A stretch of 64,000 bases of DNA from Octopus sinensis (GCF_006345805.1 NC_043012.1:31930001-31994000), one strand, 5' to 3'; counted from the stretch's first letter, positions 13,083-28,500 are shown. A program made the numbers and translations. The notes: generated from the letters alone by a model not told the origin.

Positions 13083-16000
13083 CTCGAAATGCTAATACTT
13101 TTAGTACTTATGATTCTACAATGACAAACGAGAAGAATAAAAAGGAGAATTTATTTGATTCATTAAGTGGATATCTTTATGAAGATTACTGATGAGCTAC
13201 TTTCTCTCAGCGATTTTAATGCAAGCGTGAGAAAAGATTAACTGACAGATGACCCCATTTAGGTCATTCTGGAGGATGTAATTTCAGTTCCATTTCTCAT
13301 ATTCTACTGAGTTATGTATCGAAGCTGATCTCACATTGACAACCCCTTCCGGCTTCCTGAATAGTAGTTTAACAGCCGATGTAATCTATAGTGGAAGCAT
13401 CATTAATATCCGTTGAACTACGGAATATCTGCAGGTGACAACCCTGTAAATATAATTGCACACGTTATATGATTACAGCAGTGACCAGGTATTTATAAAT
13501 GCAACGTGAAATTTGTCTGTGGATCTGATGCACAAGCTTGTGGGATCAAAATAAAACCTAAAGAAAAACAACAAAACAAAACAAAAAGAAACCCAGGTAA
13601 ATGTTAGCAACGTGTACTTGCAGTGATGATGACAGAAAAGTTACAATATTTCGTTTTTATCCGGCTGGTGGACAGAGCAGCTGCGGCTTCAATTCGCTTC
13701 GCCATACGCAAGCATATTGATTGTTTTGTTGGAAATAATGTAAATATAGAACAGGTGTCTTCTAAAAGTCAGAAGTACAATCAAGCTGTTCTTAAACAAG
13801 GCATGGCATGATACCAGCCGACCCCCAAGCACGAACACATTTCTAGAAAAGGAATCGCGGTTGTTCAATGCAGAAAGGATTTTTCAAGAAGGCAGATATA
13901 ATTTACGCCTTTGCTTATTCGCATAATGTGGAGGCATTTTATATCAACCTGAGAGAAGTGTATGGACACTAGCTAGGTGACAGCGCACCAATGAGGAGCA
14001 TGGATGTTTTATAACTGACAAGGTAGGAGCAATATAATGAAGCATTAGAGTGAACAATTTACTGAGCCAGCAAGCTATTCTTCAACAACTTCTCGGAAGA
14101 TTCTTGAATGTATAAAGCAATTTCCAAATATATCCGTTTGGATCCACCACCTAATTTAGTATTTGTCATCTGGGAAGCAAAACCAGTGAAAGCTCTCGGT
14201 TTGTTGTATTTCTCGATAAATCTACGGGCAATAACTGCATTGTAAATATTTTAAATTCTTCGAAGAATGTTAGCAATGTGGTTACCTCCTCAACAGATCA
14301 GGGAGACACAGATATTTACCTTTTACAAACAGAAAAGTGACCGACGGAACAATGGCGCTTATCGATGAATTGTCCTTCAGTTGCCTGGAAAAGTTTGGCA
14401 AAAACACTCCTCTAGCGATCGCAAGTTATTATTCAAGTGATTTTTTCTTATGTGTATTGTGTATGTCTTGGAATGTTAATGGTATTATATTCACCTTGCT
14501 CTAAATTCAAGAAAATATGTGACCCGCGTTTCTTCTCTTACATAGTCATTCGACAGTGTGCGGAAAGATGGATTTAGGACCCTGCTAAAAATATAGATAT
14601 TTTGACAAGTTTCTGGATATACTGGAGATCCACGATGGTATATGTGTCACAATCTCTCTTGAAAACAACAACTCAAATCTGGCTATGAAGTTTCAAATCT
14701 GGTTTTCCTTAGAATAAAGTAGATTGTGTACTCGCTCAAATGTTAATTCCGATGTTTTATAGGCTTGAAAGGATAGCGATCGAGTTCACAGGTTGTTGGT
14801 AGATTACTGAAGCTATCTAAAGTCAGGTCACCTTAGAAGTTTGATGATATGTGTATTTGTTACTTTCTCTTTGCTTATGACTCAGCTCTCATGTTTCATT
14901 CCCTGGAAGAGATCAAGAAGATTTCTTTCAAGTTTGTACTGGCCCTTTTGGACTATAATCTCTTCAAGAAGCTAAACATTGTTGGCGAAGTTTCTTCATT
15001 ATATTTGAAATAATTCTCTTTCTAGACTGTCAAGAAGAATTTTTTTTAGTATCATATTTATTACTACCAGCAACACACATATCAGCTTCTTTATAATAAA
15101 ATATTGTGCAACAAGGCACTTTTTACAATATTGATCTCCAACTTTGTCAAAGAATTCCAGATGTTACAAGGCGTGAGCCGTTACCTTCCATGCAACTGAA
15201 TACGGCTTTAATTCTTATCAATTCTTTATTAGATAATAGAGGAATGCTTCTCTCTAAACTACGTAATGTGTGCTTCATGTGTGTATTGACCAACTTTCAA
15301 TTGAGTATTTACTAATAACGAAAACAAAACCGATTTCTCCATTGAAGTACCTTATAAAACTTTGCCAGAAAGTATGTTAAGTAGTGATATTAACGATTAT
15401 GTCTAAATAGATCGAAATATTTATCCTCCATTGCTATGTTTTTTCTACTTATTCTTTTATTTTATCCTTTCTACTAAGATTATCTTCTTCAGAATTCGGA
15501 AAATCTTTAACAAAAGAAAATATATGTCCTATAATTTGATAGACAAATGTCTTCCTTTTTAATTTTTTTCCATAATTCACGTGTTCAGTCACTCGAACAA
15601 AATTATCATAGATTATGGAAAAATCATTTCAAATCCGAAATCTTAGATATTTTAATTCAGATTTAGAACTATGGCGCCTAAGTGGCATGCGAAATCAAAT
15701 ATCTAGACAATCATTTATATATATATATAGTTACAGAATAATCTATACTTAACTCCAAATTTTTCTCTTCTGAAGAAAATTATTATCGAAATCTAAAAAC
15801 AGTCGAAAGCTTCACCTATATTTTATTACGAGAGTGAAACATTCTCGTAAATATTCCAAAAGATAACTGATCAAGAAAGAAAACCTTCCTAAGTCTACTT
15901 AAATTTTCTTAAATTCCTTAAAAATGAACCTAAACTGCAAGCTTAGATTCAATTTGAAAATATTTAAGAAAGATCCACTGATATTTTAATTGAACCGTAG

Positions 16001-16526
16001 TAACTTCAATAACTGAATGCTATCCCCTCAGCTTCGTGTATATTGTTTAAGTATTAAAACTAGAAATTATAGAGTTTATTGATACATATTTTAATTTTCA
16101 TTTACGAAATATCTGGGTTGTGTTGCTGTATTATCCATCCTGTCGTTTATGGTGGGAAATTTTTGCCTCTGCCAAAGCAGATCCGTTGTCTAGTCGAATT
16201 GTGTGCACACATGTTCGATTCCTTGTCTCAATTGGATTGGTGATCGACTATTTTGTTTTTAATACATGACAATGGCTGAAAAATTGGCCATATGTTTCTT
16301 ATAGTCACAGAATCCGATAAAATCAATTCATTTAATCTTCCAGGTTATTTTTTTTTCTTAATACTTCAATTTTATGATGTTCAACCCACTCTGTTTATAT
16401 TCTTCTCAGTAAGGCTATTATTTTCTCCTTTTAATCTTTTTCACGTGCTGAATAATTTTTCTGTTTATTATTGCATTTTTAAAATTCCCTGTGTATTTCT
16501 TATTTTCGTTATTCTTTTATTCTTTT

Positions 16527-16735
16527 CTTTTACTTGCTTCAGTCATTTGACTGCGGCCATACTAGAGCACCACCTTTAATCGAACAAATCGACCCCAGGA
16601 CTTATTCTTTGTGAGCGTCGTTCTTATTCTATCGGTCGCTATTGCCGAACCGCTAGGTGACGGGGACGTAAACACACCCCCATCGGTTGTCAAGCGATGA
16701 TCGGGAGTCGAACAGAGACAAATACACACACACAC
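16527..16735 (-). mobile_element. SINE family 2 (CORE-like), 3' half
   Basis: Reverse complement matches 31590-31770 (GCTTGACAACCGATG...CAAATGACTGAA). Confidence 0.85.
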
Positions 16736-19700
16736 GCACATAAATATATATACACAATGGGCTTCTTTCTCTTTTTTTTGTTAGTATTATACAGAAGTTC
16801 TGTTCTTTGTAATCTGATGGTTGTTATTTTAGAAGTACACGCTTGTTCAGTTCATGTACATGGCTTCTGTTCTGAATGCTTTTATATTCCTTGTCAATTT
16901 TTATTCTATTATCAATGGTTTCGTTAACTATTCTTCGATTTAAGTTATGTGATTCATTTTAGGGGAGTGCATCATTTATTGAGATTTAGTGTTAAAATCA
17001 GAATTATTTTCAAGCCAACTATTTGACTAGGACATTGGTCTCGTTTCAGTTTTGAGGTACAGTGTGGCTGTAAAATATTTGTAGTATAGAAATTAATTGC
17101 TTTCTTTTTCTGAATCGAATGTTCACTTATTTGCTTACATTGCCATTATTTTCGAAAATTATCGCGGTGGTAGATCGACCATAGTAGCTTCTGGAGTTAT
17201 TAATGCAGCTGATTTCGGTTTGAATATTACTGAGTGGATAGCTCCATTATGTTAAGTGTGTCACCGCTTATCATACATGTATTGTTTTTTATCTTGAACC
17301 ATTGCTGGTAGATCTACAAATGTCGAGGGTCATTCCACATGAATGTACATGCGGGTAAAACGTATTGACATGCGTTGACAGCATATTATTCTGTTATCCT
17401 AGAAGTCTGCAACACTGCTGAAGGTATACGACGGCAGGATGAGAACATACCTTAATTAGTATAGGTCAGTGATCTTGCGACTGGCAAGCTTAGCGAATCA
17501 ATGAACGATCATTTTGATTCCCATTTGAGAAGAACTAGAAGTGAATAATCACAGAGAAAAGAAAAGAATTGGGGCGAGTATATGAAAATAAGTGTCGAAC
17601 TGGCCGATGTTGTCAAGGTAGGGCAAGGGAGACGGCAATATAGTTCTACTTTTCAAATGAAGAAGATTTAGTATGTCCTTGAAAGAGAAATCTGAAGAAA
17701 CTAGCTAATATGCAGCACAACATATTCATATCGAATATGTGTCTCGCCTTCGAGACGGTAAATCGAGCAAAGAACCTGGTAGCGTTAGTGCATGGGCATC
17801 AGAGATACTATACGAACAACAAGGGATTACTGAAACAGACGTCGATTCTTGGCAAGTGATCAGTTTGAGCAATATTTTGAACATTTGATAATTTTAGAAT
17901 GGTTTTATTACAGTGGTTTTCAGGAATAAGATTAATTTAGATTGACTTTCTTTTACATTTTATATTCTGCCCTCTACTTGCATATTTTAGCTCTCTATGT
18001 CTAAAGCAAAAGGTTAACGATCACACAGAACAAAAAGTGCAGTCACATGTCGTCACCTAAAGACAAGACGATTAACTATGGCTGACATTTCTGTATTAAA
18101 TATCACAAACCTTGTTTCCAGTTAAAATGAGCTGGTTGGACAGAATGAATACTTGAAAGATAACATCCGAGAAGAGGGAACAGGAGAAAGTAAAATAATA
18201 AAACTTAGACAAAAATGCAAAGAAGAAGAAAGTAAGAAAGAAGGAATAGTAAAGCATGGTAAGAAGTAGACAGAAAAGATGTTGGACTTTATGATGGCTT
18301 CTTTCTACATAAAAATCTAGCGAGGATATCTAACCGGAAGACATTAAATGACCATTCACTTACAATATTTTAAAGTAGACGCTGAAGTTAGAATATGAAA
18401 TTCAGAGTCATCTGTCTAGTTTATGGTTGCTCATAAAATTGGTATTTGTGTTTGTACTTGAAGAAATATCTATATTTCTCAGGAAGTATTCTCTATGCAT
18501 AAACAAATGTAGAATGCGTAAAAGTATACACACACACAGTCATATATACACATATGTGTGTATATGTGTGTGTGTGTTTGTGTGTATGTGTTTGTGCGTG
18601 TGCATGTATACGAATTATTTATATTTGTGGATGAGTGTACGCACAGACAGAGACACAGAGACACAGAGACACAGACACAGACACACACACACACACACAC
18701 ACACACATTCTCTCTCTCTCTCTCTCAAACGCACGCATATGTATGCACACGCGCGCAGTAGTGGATCTTTCTAATACTGTTACAAAACGAACAGTAGAAT
18801 GAGTAGAACTGTTGACAGAAATTCATCCTTTTTCGTTGATGTATTTTCAATCTCGTACTAGCATTCGATCCAACTCTAGCAATTGAGCCAGATTTTGTCA
18901 CCATATATATATATAATTAAAATTAATCAAAGGACATACTAAGTATGTCTACCTGCTTGAAATTACAGTCAAAACTCTTATTAAATCGCCAAAAATACAC
19001 TGATGAAAACTACAGAAATCAAACGAAGGCAAAATCAGGTTAAGTCAATCTACTAACATACATTTAAGTATTTGGATTCACGTGGACCGGTTTCTGCATT
19101 GGTAAAATAAACCATAGCTTCTCCAAACCTATCGCTTGACACCTTCATAAATTAATTTTTGGTATATATATATATCTGACTTAAAGGGTAATTCTCGGAA
19201 AAGCGGATCTTATCATTTGGTTCCGTTCTCATAATTGTTTCGCTAATCTAATAACAACAATACTAAGTATGTAGCCCTTAAAACGATTTTTGTGCATTTA
19301 CAGAGAATACCGAACTGTCTTACATAGGATCTTGTTTTTAGAAATTCCAAATACGTTATGGATACCTAAATTGAAAAGTCAGTTGCGTAATAACTTAAAT
19401 TTGTTACCTGATAGTAAGAATTCAAATAAAGTAGGCCCGAAAAGAACTTTTGTGCATTCCCAAAGAATATTACCCTCAGGGCCGCTAGTATTGAAATAGA
19501 TTCACAATGAATGTAGAAACAGACTGACATTTAGTTTTAGAGAAGACATACAAATAAATATGCATATAGATTTAAAAATAAAATAACATGTAGATTACCA
19601 ATACATTTACAGCACTAACTAATATTACAGTTAGGTAATAAATACCTGATGATTCGGTGAATCTTATTAAGTTTGTAGATATTATTGATATATAACATTT

Positions 19701-19845
19701 TTGGTCTTTCCTTGTGGGGTATAAATGAACAAATGATTAGGATTTCTGACTTCAACGAAAAATCTGAAGACATGTTTTTACCCCCAGACGAAAGATAAAC
19801 ACATTTTAATTCGAATTTTTATACATTTTTACTGATACTTAGTAA

Positions 19846-19878
19846 GATGAGATTCATCATCGAAACCGGTAATATTTT
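19846..19878 (+). ncRNA. 5'-truncated minimal type I hammerhead motif
   Basis: GATGA-GAT-TCATC-ATC-GAAAC-CG-GTA-ATATTTT. The core lacks its first CU and the 5' strand of helix I. A ~90 nt AT-rich tail leads to (TA)n at ~19969. Confidence 0.5.
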
Positions 19879-19965
19879 CTTTATATAATTTTTAAAATCA
19901 CTTTTATTAAATTCCTTCTTAAATTAAAATATCTTAGATTTACTTCTGTGCTATTTTTCTCCTCC

Positions 19966-20074
<109 letters not shown>

Positions 20075-20154
20075 TGTGTGTATGTATGAGTATATATGTG
20101 TTTGTAGGTACATACGTATGTGTGTGCATGTATATATATTCTTGCCCCTCCTTA

Positions 20155-20561
20155 GCCTTCTTTAGTCAGAGCTGACCAGGGGTAGTGTCCTTGCTGCTTT
20201 CAGCTCAGCTGGAGCAGCGTCTCCGGTGGCTAAACAGACATATACATGAGCGACAGTCTCTGTCACATAGATTTGTTGGAGTTACTGCACAATATTTGCC
20301 GGACTCGCTTGTCTGCTACTGTGCTCATTAACCTCTTTTTTCCTGACATAAGGTCTTCATTGAGGAAGGTCCATCATGTTGGCCGGTTAGCTGCGAAGAT
20401 CTGCCATGTCTCTGCGTTGATGACAAGGGCGTTGGTTAAGATACATCCAACGCATGAAGGATGGCTTCATCTGACAGGGCATTCTCTATGATGAACTGGC
20501 ATCTGGAAGAAGGGTCACCGATCAGCCTAAGCTACAATACAGAGATCTGAAGGAGCTTGTC
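20155..20561 (-). mobile_element. RTE/BovB-like LINE 3' fragment with inverted 5' segment
   Basis: Minus 20422-20155 encodes INAETWQIFAANRPT*W...ADKRVR plus a decayed C-terminal Cys/His segment. Plus 20423-20561 encodes the upstream GRWLRYIQRMKDGFI*QGILYDELASGRRVTDQPKLQYRDLK. Confidence 0.85.
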
Positions 20562-21081
20562 TATATACATATACATACATACATATATGGACACACACAT
20601 ACACAGATATATATCATTTAGCTGCTACCTTCTACTCTGCTCCCTCCTCTACTCCCTTCCTTTTTCAGAAACATGTCAGTATGTATATAAGGAGAAAATA
20701 TGCATATTTACAAATATGTCGGTAGGTATATAATGAGAGGGGAAAAAGGAGAGAGAGAAAAATACGCTTCCAAAAGCAAGAACTGAATCAAAAGTAACAT
20801 TTTGAATTGTAATTAAATTTCAATGGATTGACTTCATCAATACAATATAATATCTTTCCCCACCTTGTTACTTTTTTTCTTTTTCTTGCTCCCTATCTTC
20901 CTCTCTTTCTGCCTTTCGCAAAAACAAACAAACAAAATTTTCTCCTCTTCTAATCAAAGCAAAAATCATCTCCTCTTCGATTCATATAAAAGACGAAGAA
21001 ACGTTCTGTTTTTATAATGTTGGTTTTAATTCTACTTGAAGAGATTAGTTAAACGAACTATATATATATATATGTGTATAT

Positions 21082-21157
<76 letters not shown>

Positions 21158-21916
21158 TGTGGAAACATATATATGCGTGTGTGTATAATTTGAGTATGAA
21201 ATAATGCTGTTGCTGTTGCTTCTTATGATTGTGATGATCAAACGGAGGTTGTAGCGGTGGTTTGGAGAATGAAAATCGGTAAACAGTTGCGGTTGGAACT
21301 AAGGTTGCACTCAGTAATTCCTGAGAGTTCTACATCTTCCAGTTAAGCCGTGGACATATATGAATGCCACCAATTTATAAACACAGCATAATTGCATTTT
21401 CACAGTGTTTTATTTAAGTTTTTCTATTTAGATATTTAGTACTGTATTGAATTAAATTTTATAATTAAAATCAATGTAATTAATTTATTTCGCTTTTATC
21501 GTACATAGTTCTGGCAAATGACAAAATCCTCGAAAAATTAATTGCAATTAATTCATTTCTCAGCATTTTTATTATGACTGTTAATAAAAGAAATCTCTTG
21601 ACTTTAATGTATCCTACATTAACGATGCAGACAAAAATATATATTTTTCAAGAATGAATATAATAATACATTTTTCAAACAAAGATTGAAATAAGAAAAA
21701 CAAATCAGTAAACAATAATTTATAAAAGTATCTATAAATAAATTACATTGATAAAAGACACAAATGTATTATTAGAGCCGTATCAGTATTCTAAATAATG
21801 AAAATTATAGGTATTCAATAACGAAACCATTAGTATTTTACTGGTCCACTTACTGAAAACTTAAAATGATAGTTGTTCAATTTATTACGGCTGAAAATGC
21901 AAGTAAAAGTCAAGCA

Positions 21917-22047
<131 letters not shown>

Positions 22048-22877
22048 ATATATATATATATATATACTTCAAATATAAAAGAAATATATTTGTACAGAAA
22101 GAAAAATTATTTTATATTCGAAGCACACGCATTGTAAAAAATCATAGTTGCGATAAATCAAATTATTCTAATAACTCTGCCTGAAGAATTTTGTAAAAGT
22201 CACATTTATTGATTCTAAAATTGTAACGTTCAACACGAAAACCAGAACATAATTTTGGAAATTAAAAAAAAGGAATATTTCTTTTAATCGTAAAAGCGGA
22301 ATAAAATAATCTACAATTGAACACATATAGAGAAATATAAAATGCAATATATTTATAAAACAATGTATCCCTAGATAAACACATTGAGTATACTGTGATT
22401 ATTTTGATTTCAAGGAGACGGTGCAACGGTTATCAATGCTGTTGAATTTTTACGCTTACAAGTAGTTTGTTTTCATTGTTCTAAAAAATATTACATTAAA
22501 AAACTTAACAGGAATAGGATTTGTTTGAAAATATTATTTATTTGATTTTCCAGAATTTATCACAATAGAAAAAAAATATTCAAAGACTTTATTCAGTGTT
22601 GATTGTATACTGTACGGTTCCTATATATTTAGTCATTGATAAATTAGTTTCTGTTGTTCCAGAAATTCTACAGACCGATGTTGCATGCCATGAAGAATTT
22701 CTTTTAAAACCGTTCCCATCTGATCATTGGTTGGAGAAGGTTTAATATTTCTTCCGGATTTGATTTATTCCCTTCTGCTAATTTCAAGCCTGCGTTCCAA
22801 TAAACTTCTGACAATGTCATTGTATGTTGCATTTTAAATTTATCATCAGTTGCCAACCAATTCTCATATTATTATCT

Positions 22878-22928
<51 letters not shown>

Positions 22929-23499
22929 TCAGGAATGAAAGGTTTCATTTAAAATAAGTCATAATTCCTTCTGAGCAGCTATTTCTATGCTTCTTATTCT
23001 TTTTTCAGAAACCCTGTGTTGTTAAGCAATTATTTTTCCGGACTTGTTGCCATGCCTTTGCTGTCATACAAATGTACCAGAAATCCGTTTCACATTTGCA
23101 TCAAATTGGCTTTGATCGAGTTTGGATAGAGTTTTTTTACAAATTGTCTATGAATATCGCATGGCACACTCATTACATTACTCTAGAGTTTGAAGATTAA
23201 AAAAAAATGACGATTTTGATAAAAAAAAATCAGTGTAAAATTACAAAACAACTTATTAGTTTAATTTCAAAACTTAAGTGATCAGTTGTTAAAAATAATT
23301 GTAGCCTTCCAATAGTTTACATTATAACTCTAATGGAGATGTAAATGATTGTTCGAAATTCAGAGAAGAAAAACCCCATCAAAACAACAATACTTTTCCG
23401 AAACACTAGAAGGACTCGCAATAAAGAATTCTCCGTAAGTGTTGCATATGTTGTTTATTCTAGCCCTTGCCCTCTATCAGTTGACAGTGGACAGCTGGC

Positions 23500-24680
23500 A
23501 GTAGAGCACAAACAGACATTGATGATCAACTATTATCCAGCTGGAAGACGTACCCTGCCGTGGCCACGTTACAGGTGACTTCATCTCCTTCAGGAACAAA
23601 ATCATAGTAGTGGATATGGCGGATGATGCAAGGCAGTGCTGCTGGAAGCAATTAAAAATTTGTAAATAATGATGGGAGATAACCCGCTAACTACAGCTAT
23701 AGAAGGAGTGGATGAGTTCAAGGATGTGTATACGGTGAAATATGTCTTTCAGTTGATACCCTCTTTTTTGTTGTCTGCTCACGGCAACATTTTCCCACTC
23801 TGTTGTCAACTTCTTTCTCGATCGTGTCTCAGTATAATATGATGTTATATGCTGTGTCGGTAATACTCTAGGGCAAAAAAGAGGGCATCATCATCATCAA
23901 AAATTGATTTCTAAATAAATTGCTACATCTGATTGGTGTGGACCTGTAATTACTTCAGTTTCAGAAGGCAGTCAACAATATAGTATCGTATGCAGAGACC
24001 CTCTTCTTCCTCCACGTTTTATTGTGATACTGCGAACATCATGCCAAAAACTTCAAGAGAATACGCGCGTGTATGCACTCCTGCTTGAATTTGTTTGCTC
24101 TTTGGAGGAACTTTGAGAAGTCGTTGTGTCTACCGTGGACAAGCTGTCCATAATGAGGTTGCATTCAAGTCCTTTCAGGATTTCTTCATCCACTCCCTGA
24201 TCACATGATCAGGTAATCTCTATAAATGTTACATAGAAATCCATAGTCCCTTTCCTATTTTTCTCTTAAGTCTGTCAGAGAACAAATGCATAATCGGGTG
24301 GTAGGGTCCCTGCTGTTTCTGAATACCCACTGGATCTCTGGAAAATATTCTACATGAAGTGTTCTTCTGTTCAGGAGTATAGTTGCAGATTTTCCAGCAA
24401 CGAAGAGCAGGTAATATCCATCGAGAGATAGTTTTTTTTTATTAGTTGGTGTAATCGGACATTTCCTCTTCTTTCTGTCCATGCCATTAGTGCATCTTAT
24501 TTCCAGCAGCATAAAAACAATTCATAGAGTTTGGTATGCAAGCCAGGGCCTCCGTTCCTGTAAACTACAAGTGGGATTTGGTTTAACACCTGCTGCTATT
24601 GCACGTTTCAGTTGCTTTATGTCGTTGCATACCACTACTATGTTTGAAATCCAACTATGTTAATTTTTCTGTTTTTAATG
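23500..24680 (-). mobile_element. Degraded RTE-clade reverse transcriptase remnant
   Basis: LLFVAGKSATILLNR...FPEIQWVFRNSR (~LLSVAGKILARILLNR...LPESQCGFRPGR), a KQECI (~GVKQGCV) motif and IFDDDDAL (~LFADDAAL), in the correct order. Confidence 0.7.
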
Positions 24681-25515
24681 GGTTAAACGAATCACTGGAA
24701 TATGCAGCTACTACTGAAGAGAATTTGGAAATGCTCCGATCACCGGTTTAGTATGCACTTCTCCGTGAAGTGTACTTAACCGTTAGCACTACACAAAGGA
24801 ATCGAAAGCTTATGCAAATAGACAAACATCAATTTAAAGCTGCATAAATTCATCAATAGTATCCGATATTTGAGCACGATTCGATATGTCTGCACATACT
24901 GACATCCTAGATCGTATCACGAAAAGGGTGAGCCGGCCTATTGGTATAACGCCAAAACATACACGCTGAAGCTTTTGGCTAAAACTTGTAGTCCTTCGTC
25001 TCTCTAAATTTTACACAATAATATGATGCTCTTTGTTCTGCTGAGTAGACTGAGTTCATGTGACTAACATCCGGGCCTTCCAAGCCTAAACAACTTACGT
25101 CTCCTACCAACCATTGATATTTCTAACATATTACTCTGCACTATAATAATTACAATTCGACCAGCCGTTGAGTGTTGGTTATCTGGAACTCCCCCTTCGC
25201 TCATCCAATCCCTGTGCGCTTGATTTGCATAGAGTCGAGAAAAACATGGACAATAGCAATTTTATTTGTAGGGGAGCCGCTGAGGACCATGGGTATTCCG
25301 TTCTGCAAGTAACATACAAATCAAAAAATGTTTTCTTAAAAGAACAAAACGTCCACATCACTTGTCTCCCAAGTGTTTTGAATTACCTTATTGCTTTCAT
25401 CGAGCCACTGTCAGTTATTATTTGATTATATATATATATATACATACGTATGCATGTATGTACGTATGTGTGTGTGTATATATATATACATGTATGTATA
25501 TTTATATGTGTGTGA

Positions 25516-25562
<47 letters not shown>

Positions 25563-28500
25563 TGTGTAAATATATCTTAAATGTTTTCTTTTCAATCATA
25601 TTTTTCCAGCAATTTTAGCGCAAGCACAGAAGTTGACTTTCATCTCTGCCATTTCCTATTTCCGTCATATGTGATAAACAGAAGTTTTCTTTATTAGTGC
25701 TTGTGGCTGTATTGATGGGGTATCTTTATAAATGTTGTATTTAGGAGAGATATTAATTCTAGAGATAAGTGCAACAATCTAAAACCTACTCCCCAACGGA
25801 TACCATCTAATGATCTATAACTTAAGTACTACACATTCCAACAATTATTTATTGAAACGTGTGTTCTTTCGTTATATTTCATTTCCTATAAGTTCATTCC
25901 TTCTTAATAGATTACCAAATATAAATGAAAATGGACAGCCATAACAGAAAGGATTTCGACATCAACTTCCAAGAATTACGATTTCCATCTCAAGGTAAAT
26001 ATTTCATTCTATCACTGTAGACTTTTCTTTCTTCCGTTCCATTTAAACAGGAAACATTTCGGTTTGCATCATATACCTATCTCATATCCAAAGTTTACAC
26101 ATCGATAACAACTACGATCGACTCCCAATCAAACACTGATTTGAGCCCTATCAATGACACCATAGAGGATTATCACAATACCTTGTGATTCCGTGTTCAA
26201 TATTCTTCAATATTTCATTCTAAAGGTAAATATGTTTTCTGTTGTTCCCGCTGTATCACTATTGTTTTATATTTCTGCTATTTTCTATCTTTCAAAAGTA
26301 TGTTTTCTCCTCTCGTCCACGTTTTTACCATAAACATCCTGTAAGATTACATATTTTCACTTTTGTTTTAAAATTCATCCATAATAGTTCTTTACTAATA
26401 CTTACAGATCAAAAGGAAAAATATACAAATATGTGATATTCTTCGATACTATACGAAACATAATATTACTGAAGTATTAGAAGAGATTACAGCCATCAAC
26501 TATAACAAAATACATAATATTCTTCGTTTGTTGACATTTTCTTAACTCATTCGTATTTCTGTTTCCTTCTCTTCTGTATATATTGCACTGTACAATTTAT
26601 ACCTTTCTTTTTCTTTTCTCATATAACACAACTACAGCATCAAGATTTGACTAAAACCACAACCAATAACAAACATAATCCTATACACCAGCATCTTCAG
26701 ACAAAATACTTCCAGTCTATTTCCATCTTAAGGTAAATATTCTCCATTTCTTGACCGGTATCTATACATTTTATGTTTTTGTAACGTGGAATACACAATA
26801 TTTCTTAAAAAGTTAGTAGCTTAATGTCTCATTTGAGATATTAAGCTACTAAGCACAGTTCTTCTTTGAAAAAACATTGGCTCTTTTTCTCACATCCTAA
26901 TATTGTTTGTCATAACTCTCTTTCCATTTCACATATCAATTCAAAATTATCTTCCACAACTGATTTTCTCTTATTTTAAATTACGTAAATCAGACGACCC
27001 TATACCAAACCACATGTAAAGAAACCATCATTAATAACAGAAATGATCTTTACATTCCCAAAACAGAACTGAATAAGATCTCCATCAGTTGAATAGCACT
27101 ATCCCTTATTTGACCATACTTCTTTCCGTTCACACGTTTGATGAACTCTACAATTTACACATTGCTACCTACATTCTGTATCTCTCAGTCTCTCATTTCT
27201 TTTACGTTTCAACAATGACCACACCAAACCAGATTACAGCCATACACAACATCTGTTGGAAGAAGAAACAATTATAGGCTATTTTAATTACAAGAGAAAC
27301 GGTCATTCTTTGTTTATTTATTATCTCCGTGTATCCGGGTAACAAAAGTACATTACAAAAGATAGAATTTGAGGCTCACCTGTAAGGATTACATCAAGAG
27401 TAAATTCTGAAATGAACTCAAATAAATCACTTCTTACATTATCATTTCATAACTAGTCTTAACATATCGAAATTTCTTATAAGAATATTTTCATTGACTT
27501 TCAGTAGCAATTTCATATCAACACCGTCTCCTTGCCAAAATAACACATTTGACTTAGTCATCTTCACCATCTCAAAGACAATAAAATCGCAGCAGAAGAG
27601 CCTGATACACGAGTAACTAGGAACTTCATTAATGCACTATCATACAACACATTTCTTTAGTCATTGAATTGTATCGTCGACAAAGCCAGAATGATAGGCA
27701 TTTTCCAACAGAAAGTAAATATTTTCCACTTTTTGCTCATTCATTGGTAGTTAACTCCTGCTCCCCAGTTAACAAATTTTGACTTTCATAATTACATTCA
27801 GAATTCCTCCTTTCTTTCACGTATTGCAATACAATCGCAAAGAAGATTAGTATAATATGGCGGATAATGCAGGTAAACGTCTCAAGCAGTGTGCCAACAG
27901 ACAAAATCAAATATGACTCGTTCCAGGGGTTACTCTTTTCCATAATCTTCAAACAATTCAAATTTAAGACATGAGCATCACAAACATCACATCCGAAGAC
28001 AATTATTCTTAGAAGCGACATTACAGACGATCTTTCATAATAAGATAAAAATCCTGCGTGCTTTACCTATTCGGCTAATGTTACTCGCGAGCATTTCTAG
28101 GCTTCATCTCTAACTCAGTTCTCAACCAAAGCAATGATGGTTTAGTCCTAAGCAACATTTGGAGAAAAAAACAATTGAAATTGGGTTCATTAGAAAAAAA
28201 GGTCAAACTAAGTAAGGTCAGAATATGCAAAGTCAAAAATAGGAGAGTAATGTTAAAAATTATCTCTGAATCGGAATATCTCAGTTATTTTAAAAGAACT
28301 TATAAATCAATTGGCCTTTAAAAAATTGTGCTCATAGAAAATAATTTTTTTATGAAAATCCCATTTAAAAATATTAACTACAAAAACATTTATTGAGGCT
28401 TTAAGAGACGAAAAATTTTAAAATAGTAAGTAACCCCCAAATATGATTTTGAATGAAAATTTTCCAGCTGTTTCAAAAGAAAACTATACAATAGTTGTGC

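Noticed and set aside
13189-13225. CTGATGA-GCT...AGC hairpin
   Set aside because: Followed by GATT instead of GAAA; no helix I or helix III.
13800-15320. Possible Gypsy pol relic on the minus strand
   Set aside because: Only faint peptide resemblance; no motif I can defend.
15770-15800. CTGAAGA...GAAA
   Set aside because: No helix II pairing and no NUH triplet or helix I.
17300-17850. Possible BEL/Pao integrase relic
   Set aside because: Too degraded to support.
22920-22945. Minus-strand CATTC-CTGATGA running into (TA)n
   Set aside because: Only the 5' half of a core; no downstream GAAA.
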